Shown in pieces: positions 47,841-57,367 of a stretch of 64,000 bases of DNA; position 1 is the stretch's first letter; every line of letters begins with the position of its first letter. Below the pieces are notes generated by a model. That model was not told the origin of the DNA. It saw only the letters and a program-made list of their open reading frames with translations, and did no database searches. The stretch lies in the IMG/VR virus record IMGVR_UViG_3300017754_001832; one strand, written 5' to 3'. The position numbers and the translations under genes were made by a program. The DNA comes from a virus.

Positions 47841-48290
47841 TTAGGACGGGGTGCCGGGGGTTGCGGTTGCGATCTGATCGACGCCGAGGGGCGTGCGGTC
47901 GAGAGCGCGGCGGAGGAGGGCGAGAGACCACGAAGCATCTTTCGCGATGACATCGTAGTTGAAGACGCCGTCCGTGTAGTAGGACACGTCCGTCACGTCG
48001 GCGCCGACTTCCGAGTTGGAGTCGCTGCCGCCCGAGTTGGAGTCATCGACCGCCACGACGGCGGAGGTGATGCCAACCGGCTCTTGCGAGCCGTCGGTGG
48101 CCGTCTGGACGGACGGAACGATCAGGCCCGTGCCGGTGACGCGGCCAACGAGCGTGTTGACGGGGATGTCAACAGTCGTCTTGCCACGGCCAACCATGGT
48201 GGGGGCCTTGAACCACAGACCGTTCGTCTGCGTGAAGGTGTCCGAGCTTTGAACCGGGACGCCGGGCGGGTTTGAAGTGAGGGCGGTCAT
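47841..48290 (-). CDS. head decoration protein, lambda gpD-like (149 aa) carrying a DDSNSGGSDSNSE doublet
   Basis: TFTQTNGLWFKAPTMVGRGKTT resembles the gpD N-terminus. Located between the protease and the major capsid gene. Confidence 0.6.
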   Translation of the reverse strand: MTALTSNPPGVPVQSSDTFTQTNGLWFKAPTMVGRGKTTVDIPVNTLVGRVTGTGLIVPSVQTATDGSQEPVGITSAVVAVDDSNSGGSDSNSEVGADVTDVSYYTDGVFNYDVIAKDASWSLALLRRALDRTPLGVDQIATATPGTPS

Positions 48291-48327
48291 GTGACTTACT
48301 CCGTGGGGGTCTCAGGGGCTCGGCGGC

Positions 48328-49644
48328 TTAGTGCTTCGCGGTTGACTTGGGCTCGCCGAAGCGAGCGGCGAGGACGCGGGCCGCAGCAGCCGCATCTTTC
48401 TGTTCGGCGGTCATCTGCTCCTGCGTTTCCGAAGCAGCAGCGCCAGGGCCTTTGCCGGCGTCCGCCATGAGCTTGTCGAAGGCCGGGTTGCCGCTGTTGG
48501 TCGCGGTGTCGGCTTTCGGCTCGACCTTGGCCTCTTCCGGCATCTTGCCGAGGAACGCCTTGGCCTGATCGACCGTCATGTCCGTGTCCATGGCGCACGC
48601 TTCAGCGGCGGCCGGGCGGGTCTTGGCTTCGTCCAGACCCTTGATCGCGACGATGCGCTGCTTGGCTTCGGCACGGGCGGTCGCGGCGGCAGCCGCAATG
48701 GCGGCATCGTGATCGGCCTGCGGGACGGTCTTGGCTTCGGTTGACATCCTAGTATCTCCTGTGTCGCCCATGAGGTGGGCCGCAAATTCACTCATCGCCT
48801 CATCGAAGGCGCCAATGGCGTCGGCGAGTTGTTCCGTTACAGCCTCACTGGCGGTGAAAGTCAACGCCTCAGTCTTGCGGACTTTTGCGTCGCTGATTCC
48901 ACGGTTGCGGGACACCTGCGAACAGAACACGCCGTAGGTCTCGTCGATGCGGGATTGGATGCGGTCTTTCGCACCTTCCGAGAGGGCCTGGTACGGGTTG
49001 CCGTCCACCTTGTGTTTACCCGCGTAAATGAAGGTGATCTCGACGCCTTCCATCTCCATCGCCTTGGCGAAGTTGATGTGCATCGTGACCACGCCAATCG
49101 AGCCCACGCCACCCGTGCGGGAGACCGTGATCCGCTCTGCGGCGGAGGCCACCGCGTAGCCGGCGGAATAGGCGTGCTCGTGCGAGAAGGCGCGGATCGG
49201 CTTGACCGAGCGCGCGGCGTAGATGCGGTCGCAAAGCTCGAAGCACCCCGCGACGTGGCCGCCGGGGGTGTCGCAGACGAGGGCGATGCCCTTCACTTCG
49301 GGATCGGCGAGGCCGCGTTCGAGGGCCTTCTGGATGTAGTAGTATCCGGTGGCATACGAGCCAGCGGCATACGGGAAGTTGTGGAGCAGCGCACCCTTGA
49401 CGGGGATGTGCAGGATGCCCGCCTTGACGGTGTAGGGCTTGTACGCGGACTGCCAATCACCGGCTTGCGGCCAGTAGTCGTCGTGCATCATGTCGCCGTT
49501 GGCCGCAGCCATCAGCGCCGGGAAGTGGGTGTCTGCCGCTAGAGCGCGAATGCAGGCCGTGATGCGGTTCGACTGATCCGGAGCGACGAGGATCGGATCG
49601 AAGTCACCGCCGACGAGCGTGGAGAGTGCGAGGGGCTGGCTCAT
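48328..49644 (-). CDS. prohead protease, S49/ClpP-like (lambda gpC-like), fused to a scaffold-like Ala-rich C-terminal region (438 aa)
   Basis: SppA/S49-like core (GIALVCDTPGGHVAG...GSIGV), then a long Ala/Glu/Lys-rich tail. Confidence 0.7.
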   Translation of the reverse strand: MSQPLALSTLVGGDFDPILVAPDQSNRITACIRALAADTHFPALMAAANGDMMHDDYWPQAGDWQSAYKPYTVKAGILHIPVKGALLHNFPYAAGSYATGYYYIQKALERGLADPEVKGIALVCDTPGGHVAGCFELCDRIYAARSVKPIRAFSHEHAYSAGYAVASAAERITVSRTGGVGSIGVVTMHINFAKAMEMEGVEITFIYAGKHKVDGNPYQALSEGAKDRIQSRIDETYGVFCSQVSRNRGISDAKVRKTEALTFTASEAVTEQLADAIGAFDEAMSEFAAHLMGDTGDTRMSTEAKTVPQADHDAAIAAAAATARAEAKQRIVAIKGLDEAKTRPAAAEACAMDTDMTVDQAKAFLGKMPEEAKVEPKADTATNSGNPAFDKLMADAGKGPGAAASETQEQMTAEQKDAAAAARVLAARFGEPKSTAKH

Positions 49645-51359
49645 TCGGTTACGTCCTTCTTCTTCTCTTTCTTCGCCGGGTCCGTTTCGTTCGAGTCACG
49701 CGCGTCGCCGCTGATGGCGTTCTGCATGTTCGGGTCTTGGTCTATCGGCATCAGATCGTATTCCTTGAGAAGTTCCTTCTCGCGTTTTTTCTGCTTTAGC
49801 ACGCGGCGCCAATCGGCGCCATATGTGCGCGCAAGCTCGCGCTCCAGCGTCGAGAGGTTGTTGTTGATCTTCAGGACCGAGGCTTGCGTTTCCTTCAGTT
49901 CGTCGATCTGGTCGCGGCCAACGCCGAGCCATTCGCACTGCGTGTAGGCATCGCGGTTCATGCCCTCGTAGAAGTCGGGCTTGCCCTTCATGGTCTCCAG
50001 AAGGCCCTTGCCGACGGCCTCCTCGAACCACAGGCGGTAGATGTAGGTCGCGAAGCGATCCGCCACCATCCGCTTGCGCGAGGACATCGTCTTGTCGGTC
50101 TGGTTGAGCGCGGCGCGCAGCGACGAGTAATTCGACTGCGACGTGTCGCGGCTGAGTTCTTCGTAGGACACGCCGAGGTTCGCCGCGATGTAGCGGAGCA
50201 GGGACGACTCGAACTCGGTGCCGAGCGGGCCACCCTTGCCGGCCGGGCGCAGTTCGAGCTTCTGGCCGGGGAACAGGTGCGGGATGCGAACGCCGTCGAT
50301 GGAGAGCGAGCGCGATCCACCGGAGTATTCGTTGACCGCGCCGAGGTAGTTCTCGGCCCACGTCACGAGGTTGTCGTCGTCGCCAGTTCCCAGAGCCTCA
50401 TACGCCTGGCTCGGAAGCTCGGCTTCGATGGAAGCCGCGAACGTCGCGTTGACGACCGCGTTCTGGAGGTTGATGTCGCGCCACTTCTTCGTGATCCGCA
50501 TCTCTTTGAGTGCGGACACGAGATCGGAGATGCCGCGCGTCTAGTCGATGCGCTGTTGCTCCATGATGTGGATGATGCGCTGGCGGCCCCATGCGGTGCG
50601 GGCCGGATAGTTCGACCACTTCGAGGCATCCTCGGGCCGGGACATCGCAACGTCTGACGGGTGCGCGTCGCGAATCCAATAGCTGATCGGAGCGCCATAG
50701 TAGTCACGCTCGACGCCGGCACGCAGGCGGCCCTGCGGCAGCCCACCATACGGGTTCGAGAGACGGTCGCTCTCGATCATCTGGATCGCGGTCTGATAGG
50801 GCCGCGCCATCGACGAGCGCATGTATTCGGCGGAGGCGAGGACTTCGCCGCTCGCGAGGTAGACGCCGACCGCAAGGCGCACGAGGCCCGTCAGCGTGTT
50901 GTGGCGCGAAGCGTCGGGCCAGTTGTCGGGGCTCTCTGCCCACAGACCGAACTTGCTCTCGACCTCTTCCTGAAATTCCTCTTCCCACTTCTCGTCCTTG
51001 ATGCCGAGAGCGAGCGCGTTCGGCTTGGCCGAAAGCATGAACATCGAGCCGACCACGCCGTCCCGGTGGAGGCGTTCGCCGGCTTGCACGTAAGCGTCGT
51101 TCCGCAGCACGTCGCGTGCCCGGCCGGTGGCTTCGTCCCGTTCGTCGAGGATGTCCGCGTCGGCGGAACGCAGGGCGGGCGACCAGAGGGCCAGGTCGCG
51201 GTTCGTCTTCGACGCGCCTTCATGCGCGCCGCCTACAAGGGCGAGGTCTCGGCCCGGCCGCACGCGAGAGGGTTGCGCGTTTGACCGGGACCGATCCTCT
51301 CCCGAGGGAGCTTCGATTCCGAGGATGTCTTCAATGCTGCGACGAGTCATCCCATCCAC
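49641..51359 (-). CDS. portal protein, lambda gpB-like, interrupted by an in-frame TAG at 50541..50543
   Basis: The N part (272 aa) and C part (292 aa) are in the same frame, separated by a single amber codon. Together about 571 aa, typical of a portal. Position between gpW and the protease. Confidence 0.7.
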
Positions 51360-51583
51360 ACCTTGATCGGGCCAGAGCGCGTAGACACTTCGGCGAGTTG
51401 ATCCGTGAGTTCCTGAATGTAGGCTTTCAGCGCCGCACGGTTGGCCGGCGTGTATTCCACCCGCTCACCGTTCTGATCGACGACCACACGCGGCGCTCCG
51501 CCGACGACGAGGTTGTGATACGCGGTCTCGGCAGCGGTCTTGCGCGCCGTCAGAGTCGCTATTTGTGCGGATGTAAGCGCCAT
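51347..51583 (-). CDS. head-tail joining protein, gpW-like (78 aa)
   Basis: Small ORF between TerL and the portal. Start MALTSAQIATL. Confidence 0.45.
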   Translation of the reverse strand: MALTSAQIATLTARKTAAETAYHNLVVGGAPRVVVDQNGERVEYTPANRAALKAYIQELTDQLAEVSTRSGPIKVWMG

Positions 51584-51645
51584 ATCTGAGCCCTCGGCAT
51601 GATTGCAAGCAATAACCTTGAGCCGCCCGGAATGCAACCGGACGG

Positions 51646-53721
51646 TCAAGCCATGGATTCTCCCAAGGCGGAGAGCTTCTTACGGGGCTTTGCCTTGCTC
51701 ACAAAGCCACCTGCGGCGGGGCCCGAGATCACGAGATCGTTGTGGTCCCATTCCTTGGCCCAACCCGGCGGTGTGTCCCAATCCATCGTCTCGCCACGGA
51801 TGCGCGCGTCGATCTGGAGAGACACGACGTAGTAGAGCAAGTCCCACGCTTCGTTGCGGCGACCCTTGCCGGTCGTCTCCCACCCTTTCGGTGTGCGGAC
51901 CTCGGCGGTCAACTGCGTGTAGAGCCAATCCTCGGCCCAACGAGGGAAGTGAACCATGCCGCCGCCGGGCTCGGTCCTGCCGAGCATCGCGTAGGCCGTG
52001 TCCTTCTGGAGGTTCGAGTTGATGAAGCCCACAGGGATGTCGCCGCGTGCGCCGGCCTTGCGATCCTTGCGCTGCGAATCCGGGTGATGGATTTTGTATC
52101 GCTGCGCAGTCTTCGACGGCTCGCCCTTCAGCAGTTGGAACCGTTTGTGGTGGCCGCCCGGGTGAGTGTCGCGGAGCCAGCGCCAGAAGTTGTAGGCGTT
52201 CGTCGTGACGCCTTCCTTACCGCCCGAGTCGCAGCCCACGAGCTTGATCTGCATGTGGCGGCCCGAACCATCGGCGAGCGGGTACGTGCGCTCGATCACC
52301 TGATCGACGAGCAGGTGCCAATCTTCAGGATACGCGGCGGGGTCGATGGGCTCGGGGTCGCCGTCCACGTCGAGTCGGAGCGACTTGCGAATCTTGAACA
52401 TGTCCACGTGCCAGACATCGCCACCAACGCCGAAGCCGTAGACATGCACGACGAAGGTCGAGCGCATGCCGGCCTGCACGTCGATGGTCGCCATCATGTA
52501 GCGGACACCGTGAGGCACGACCGGCTCGCGTTGTGAGCCACCCCAATCCTCGGCGCGTGCCTTCAGTTCCTCGGGCAGGCGCTCGGACATCAGCGCCTTC
52601 GGGATGTACGCCTCGCCCTGGTCCACGTTGACGGTGGACTTCAGTGATTGCTCGGAGCCGGTCTTCTCGTATTCCTCGCTCGCCTTCAGGAAGTTGAAGA
52701 CGAGGGTCTGCCATGTCGCGAACGCGGCGGCCGGGCCCTTGAGCCAGAAGCTCGCGATCTCGCTTCGCACCGGAGTCCCCGTGATGCGACCGTCCTGCTG
52801 CCAGACCTGCCCGTCGCGAATCCATTTGCCGCCGAGGTTGAGACGGTGCTTCTGCGAGTGCTGGATGTGCGTCAGGCAGTGCGGGCACTCCATGGTGGCG
52901 CGCTCGGACTTGAACACGTCGTCGCCTTCCTCGGGCCACTGAAGCAGGCTGAAGGACGGCTCGAACTTGCCACGGCAATCAGGGCACTCCCAGAACCAGC
53001 GGCGCCGGTCGCCACGGTTGAACAGCGAGAGGATGCCCTTGGTCGGCGGAGCTTCGTGCTTGCTGCTGGCGATCCACTTCGGGTTGTCCACCGTGAAGCC
53101 CGGCGAGGACTCCGCCACGGTCATGCCGAAGCGGCGGAACGTCGTCGCGCGTTTGCGTGCCAGATCGAAGGGCGAGCCTTCGCCGTCGATGTCCTCGGGC
53201 ATGCGGTCGTAGTCAGTGAGCCACAGGCGCGGGATCGGCTTACCCGAGAGTTCGGAGATCGCAGGGTGGCCGAGGGTGAGCAGCATCCCACTGCGGAACT
53301 GCGTGTCGAACACGTTCTCGTCGAGCGTCCTCTCGCGAAGCTGCGGCACGTCGCGATAGAGACGCGAGAGACGACGGAGCGAGAAGTCGCGGGCTGCCGT
53401 GTTCGTCGGGTTGATGATGAACATGTCTGCCGGATCGCAGATCGCGGAGTACGTGACCCAACTCAGGAATGGGTCGGTCTTACTGGCCTGCGCCGGGCCG
53501 ACAAACACTGCACCCGTGTATTCGTGGGAAGTCAGCGTGTCCTGAAACTCGACGCTGTAGGGCGCGATGCTGCGGATGTACGGGCCGACGTAGTTGCCGG
53601 GGTTGTCCATCCAGCGATACTTCTCGGCGGCCTCGGTGACAGACAGGCGCTCGGGCGGGCGCACGGTCTCAGCCGCAGAAGCGACCATGTCTTCGAGACA
53701 GAGGAACTTAGGCCCCTTCAT
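51646..53721 (-). CDS. terminase large subunit, GpA family (691 aa)
   Basis: Size, position and a lambda-A-like N-terminal ATPase region (FVGPAQASKTD). Confidence 0.8.
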   Translation of the reverse strand: MKGPKFLCLEDMVASAAETVRPPERLSVTEAAEKYRWMDNPGNYVGPYIRSIAPYSVEFQDTLTSHEYTGAVFVGPAQASKTDPFLSWVTYSAICDPADMFIINPTNTAARDFSLRRLSRLYRDVPQLRERTLDENVFDTQFRSGMLLTLGHPAISELSGKPIPRLWLTDYDRMPEDIDGEGSPFDLARKRATTFRRFGMTVAESSPGFTVDNPKWIASSKHEAPPTKGILSLFNRGDRRRWFWECPDCRGKFEPSFSLLQWPEEGDDVFKSERATMECPHCLTHIQHSQKHRLNLGGKWIRDGQVWQQDGRITGTPVRSEIASFWLKGPAAAFATWQTLVFNFLKASEEYEKTGSEQSLKSTVNVDQGEAYIPKALMSERLPEELKARAEDWGGSQREPVVPHGVRYMMATIDVQAGMRSTFVVHVYGFGVGGDVWHVDMFKIRKSLRLDVDGDPEPIDPAAYPEDWHLLVDQVIERTYPLADGSGRHMQIKLVGCDSGGKEGVTTNAYNFWRWLRDTHPGGHHKRFQLLKGEPSKTAQRYKIHHPDSQRKDRKAGARGDIPVGFINSNLQKDTAYAMLGRTEPGGGMVHFPRWAEDWLYTQLTAEVRTPKGWETTGKGRRNEAWDLLYYVVSLQIDARIRGETMDWDTPPGWAKEWDHNDLVISGPAAGGFVSKAKPRKKLSALGESMA

Positions 53722-54337
53722 CTTCGTCCACCTCTATCGAGGGGTCGGGCCCGTGGTCGAGCGCGCTCAGCGTGTTCTGATGCTTCGGCATCTCGACAAG
53801 AGCCCGGTAGAGGTCTTCACGGAGCGCGTCGACTCTGGCGATCAGGGCGAGGTACTGCTCGCGCGGCATCCCCGCTTCACGCTCCACGTCGTCGGCCCAC
53901 ACCTGCGTCGTCTGCTTGATCCGCTTGAACGCCTCGGCGAGGACCGAGAGCACGCTCTCGGTCGGCCAGAGTTCGCCGGCTGCCTGCTGATACTTGAGCC
54001 GTTTGTTTTCCGCGTCCCAGAACTCTTTGCGGAGCATCGGGGGAAGTTCCGTCGGGTTCATGGTCTTGATGTAGTCGCGGATGTCGAAGCGCGGCTTGAT
54101 GAGGTAGGAGAGCGCCAGCAGCGGGTCGTAGAGTTCGGAGCCCGACATCTTCCCGATGGCAGGGCAATCGCTCAGCCGTTTCTTGACGGTCTTGCGATCC
54201 ATGCGCGTGAAACCGCCAAGCCACGTGAGCGAGACCCCCTTGCGGAGCTTCGCCCAATCGGTCTCGACCGTTTCGCGCTCGACCTCCTCGGCTTCGTTGC
54301 CGAGCAGATCGTCGAGGTTGCGGCGGCTGCGCGCCAT
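53708..54337 (-). CDS. terminase small subunit-like protein (209 aa)
   Basis: Immediately upstream of TerL. HTH-like GVSLTWLGGFTRMDRKTVKKRL and a YDPLLALSYL segment resembling Nu1/P27-type small terminases. Confidence 0.5.
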   Translation of the reverse strand: MARSRRNLDDLLGNEAEEVERETVETDWAKLRKGVSLTWLGGFTRMDRKTVKKRLSDCPAIGKMSGSELYDPLLALSYLIKPRFDIRDYIKTMNPTELPPMLRKEFWDAENKRLKYQQAAGELWPTESVLSVLAEAFKRIKQTTQVWADDVEREAGMPREQYLALIARVDALREDLYRALVEMPKHQNTLSALDHGPDPSIEVDEDEGA

Positions 54338-54909
54338 CAGACTTCACCCTTCATGTATCGGAGCACGGCTTCGATCTCCTCGACGGTGCCGTTGCCCTTT
54401 AACTCGTTAGCACGCCACGAGATTACACGCACGTTGCCTTTAACGTATCCGAGGGCGGGCACGATCTTGTCAAGACTCGGGCTGGTTGGGCAGTTACGCC
54501 CTCCGCCTACTTTTAGTTCGAGCCCAAGGACCGGACACCTCTCAGGGAGCACAATGTCTGAAGGCTCGATGTCGAAAGGAAGACCCGCTTCCTCCGCACG
54601 AGCCTTGGCCCCGCGCCACGTCACCTTCGCCCACTGTTCCGGCCTTCGGTATAACGAGTTCAACTGTTTCTTGACCTTCTCGCGAAAAGCAGGATCGGCT
54701 TCATACTTCTTAACGTGCCAATCGGCCCTACGGGTGTTATCTTTCTTGCGTTGAATTGGGTCAGCCTTCCGGCTGCGATCAACGGCTTTCTGTTTCTCTT
54801 GGCGGCTTGCCCACGCGGCAGGGTCCGCTTTGATAGCGGCGTACCTTTCCCTGTCTCGATCCGCGTCTCGCTTCGTTCGGGTTCTCACCGCCAGTGTTCC
54901 TTTATCCAT
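54337..54909 (-). CDS. HNH endonuclease (190 aa) adjacent to the terminase, a possible packaging cofactor
   Basis: CPVLGLEL...NCPTSPSLDKIVPALGYVKGNVRVISWRAN is an HNH-type motif. HNH genes beside the terminase are known in cos phages (HK97 gp74). Confidence 0.6.
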   Translation of the reverse strand: MDKGTLAVRTRTKRDADRDRERYAAIKADPAAWASRQEKQKAVDRSRKADPIQRKKDNTRRADWHVKKYEADPAFREKVKKQLNSLYRRPEQWAKVTWRGAKARAEEAGLPFDIEPSDIVLPERCPVLGLELKVGGGRNCPTSPSLDKIVPALGYVKGNVRVISWRANELKGNGTVEEIEAVLRYMKGEV

Positions 54910-55658
54910 GGGCTGATCGCCTGCCGCTCAGGCTTCCAGGGGCTATGGGGTCCGTTGCACTGCACGACTCGTGCCCCTGCCGGCAGGGGTCCACCCGTGG
55001 GCTCGTGCTTCAGTTGATCGACGAGATTGCGCTGGCGCCACGAGGCGTAGTGCCAGAGGTTACGCGGGCAGATGTCGTCGCGATAGCAGTAGAGGCCGTC
55101 CTCGCGAGTGATCTTCGTGATCTTGTGGTTGGCCTTGATCGCCAGCCACGCCTGATCGCTGCCGCCGTAGCGCAGGCCGCGACCCTTGACGTTGTTCTGC
55201 CAGAGGTTGCGGTCGAACTCGGTGAAGACCTCGGGAGCGACGCCGTGGTCCGCGATGACGATGGAGCCGTTCACCGGCTGCGGGCCAAGCTCGACGCCCG
55301 ACATGAGGAACGGCTCGGTGCGACCGAAGATCGGACTGCAGTCGTCAACGAGGACCATGTCGAGATCGAACCACGACCAGCGCGGCTCGGGGATGATGTT
55401 GCGGAACGAGTTGTCGAAGCACTTCAGACGAACGAGGCACTTGCCGCCTTGATCGGCGAGGTCATTCCACAGCGGCACGACCTGGTCGCCCTCTGCCTTG
55501 AAACGCTCGCGAGTCTTCTTCGAGTCGGAGATCACCACGATCCGGTACGGGATGTGGAGGTTCCGACCGAGCATGTTCTTCATTATCCGGATGTAGTCGT
55601 CGGAGAACTTGTCTCCCCACGACCACAGGATGATCGGCAGCACGTTAGGCGATGTCAT
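54885..55658 (-). CDS. glycosyltransferase, GT-A fold with a DXD motif (257 aa)
   Basis: Start MTSPNVLPI. FDLDMVLVDD (DXD) and a Rossmann-like N-terminus. Family not assignable by eye. Confidence 0.45.
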   Translation of the reverse strand: MTSPNVLPIILWSWGDKFSDDYIRIMKNMLGRNLHIPYRIVVISDSKKTRERFKAEGDQVVPLWNDLADQGGKCLVRLKCFDNSFRNIIPEPRWSWFDLDMVLVDDCSPIFGRTEPFLMSGVELGPQPVNGSIVIADHGVAPEVFTEFDRNLWQNNVKGRGLRYGGSDQAWLAIKANHKITKITREDGLYCYRDDICPRNLWHYASWRQRNLVDQLKHEPTGGPLPAGARVVQCNGPHSPWKPERQAISPWIKEHWR

Positions 55659-56265
55659 GTTCTTGTCCCTCTGGGAGATATGGGTAGGCTTTGAGCGCGG
55701 AGTCGGGATTGAGGTTGTAGACAGCAACCCCACGTTTTTTGAGATCGGCAGGCTGGCGCGCGAGGCCCCACTGCTGGCGTTTGTAGCGATCATTCCAATC
55801 CTCAGTCAGCGTGCCCGTGAAGTGGCGTTCCTTGTTCGGGCCGGGCTTCACGTCCACGCCCACCAGAAGGATGCGGCGCGATCCACGGAGCACCGCGTAG
55901 TTGATGGCGAGCGCGGTCGTCGTGAATGTTCCGCGTAGTTCGGCCGGGTTCTTCGAGAGCCCGCCGCCGGCCACCTTCGGGATGAACCGGATGCGGTCGT
56001 CGTGAAGCTCGGGCGGCAGGGGCTTCGGGTCCGTGTAGAGGATCAGCGGCCCCTTGTAGCCAGACAGGTCTGGCGTGCGGCGCGCGTACCGATGATCGCC
56101 GATCATCAGCACCTCGGCGTGAGGCACCTTCAGGTAGCCGTCCTTGACCGCTATCGTCTTCAGGCCCGCGATGCGCTCGAAGTTGAACGAGTTCACCGAC
56201 GGGCCCGAGGCGACGATAGCGACCGTGCAGCCAGCCCAATCACGAGGGACGACGTGAGACTTCAT
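55645..56265 (-). CDS. DUF115 / Maf-like (MptE-like fold) protein, paralog 1 (206 aa)
   Basis: TVAIVASGPSVNSF...IAVKDGY...ILLVGVDVK. Same motif family as 26834..27562. Confidence 0.5.
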   Translation of the reverse strand: MKSHVVPRDWAGCTVAIVASGPSVNSFNFERIAGLKTIAVKDGYLKVPHAEVLMIGDHRYARRTPDLSGYKGPLILYTDPKPLPPELHDDRIRFIPKVAGGGLSKNPAELRGTFTTTALAINYAVLRGSRRILLVGVDVKPGPNKERHFTGTLTEDWNDRYKRQQWGLARQPADLKKRGVAVYNLNPDSALKAYPYLPEGQEHDIA

Positions 56266-56831
56266 TCGTCAGTCGAACCGATGCCATCATTCTTGAACGG
56301 GCGCACGAGCACCGCGAGTTCAACGCCGATGCGCTTGGGCTTGATCGGATCAACCTCGACCACCTCGGCGAAGTGCTTCTTCAGGCGCTCCATCCACCAC
56401 TTCGTCGGCTTGACGATGAGGTGCGCGTTGCGACCGTCGGCGAGGGTCTTGTTCGCCAGGCGTTGCGAGATCACCAGCAGGCCGCGCACCTTAACGAGCG
56501 AGGCGATGTGCTCCAGCACGTTGTCGAGCATGTCCGGTTCTACGTGCTCCAGAACGTCGTTGCAGGTGACGAAGTCTGCCGGCTTCGGCATCTGCGGCGC
56601 GGTGACGGGGTCATAGCCCTGTGTCGCCACCATAGGCGCGCGGGCCGCGATCTCAGCGAGCAGGTTGCCCTTGCCGCAGCCGTAGTCGAGATACGAGAGG
56701 GCGCCGGCACCCGTCATGTAGTCGAGCACGCGGTCGGCCCACGCATCGCCCTTGCCGCCGTACTTCGCCTTGCGGCCATGAAGCTCAGCGTTGAGCGCGC
56801 GATACTGTTCGGAGATGAGTGGCTTGGTCAT
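56262..56831 (-). CDS. class I SAM-dependent methyltransferase, paralog 1 (189 aa)
   Basis: LDYGCGKGN (motif I) and FVTCNDVLEHVE. Confidence 0.65.
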   Translation of the reverse strand: MTKPLISEQYRALNAELHGRKAKYGGKGDAWADRVLDYMTGAGALSYLDYGCGKGNLLAEIAARAPMVATQGYDPVTAPQMPKPADFVTCNDVLEHVEPDMLDNVLEHIASLVKVRGLLVISQRLANKTLADGRNAHLIVKPTKWWMERLKKHFAEVVEVDPIKPKRIGVELAVLVRPFKNDGIGSTDE

Positions 56832-57367
56832 TTGATCCTCGTGATGAGCACAGCAAGTTCGGATGCGGCTTTCGTCTCGTCGAGGATAGGAACCTCTTCG
56901 ATTCTGTAGGGGCCTGCGAAAGCGACGGCGATGGTCTGGAGCCACCACTCGCGCGGCTTCACCAGCGGGTGCGTGTCGCGCTTCTTCGGCGAGCGGTTGC
57001 GCAGCGAGATCGTGATGAGGGCGCCGTTGCGAGCGCAGCGGCGGATGTCGGTGAGGACCGCGTCATACATGCCGACCTCTACGTGCTCCATCACGTCGAT
57101 GCAGGTCACGAAGTCGGCGGGCATCGGCGTGATGTCGCCGAACGCAGGCTCATACGACGTGCCGGTGAAGTGCAGGCCGTCGGGGTGTTCGAGAACGTGG
57201 TACGCGAGGGCGCTTCGACCAGCGCCGTAGTCGAGGATCGACTCCGAGGCCGTCTGGTGCATGTAGGCCACGACACGGTCGGCCCATCGGTGCCCGATGA
57301 TGCCGAAGTTCGGGTCGCGGTCGTGCAGCGCCTTCAGACGCTTGCGGTGCTCGACGGTGATGGTCAT
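56828..57367 (-). CDS. class I SAM-dependent methyltransferase, paralog 2 (179 aa)
   Basis: LDYGAGRSA and FVTCIDVMEHVE. Paralogous to the previous gene, with ATGA start/stop overlaps. Confidence 0.65.
   Translation of the reverse strand: MTITVEHRKRLKALHDRDPNFGIIGHRWADRVVAYMHQTASESILDYGAGRSALAYHVLEHPDGLHFTGTSYEPAFGDITPMPADFVTCIDVMEHVEVGMYDAVLTDIRRCARNGALITISLRNRSPKKRDTHPLVKPREWWLQTIAVAFAGPYRIEEVPILDETKAASELAVLITRIK

Noticed and set aside
50541-50543. Genome-wide TAG recoding as the explanation for the portal in-frame stop
   Set aside because: TAG is used as a normal terminator at other genes (for example 6014-6016 and 7821-7823). A local amber mutation, suppression or a sequencing error is more likely.
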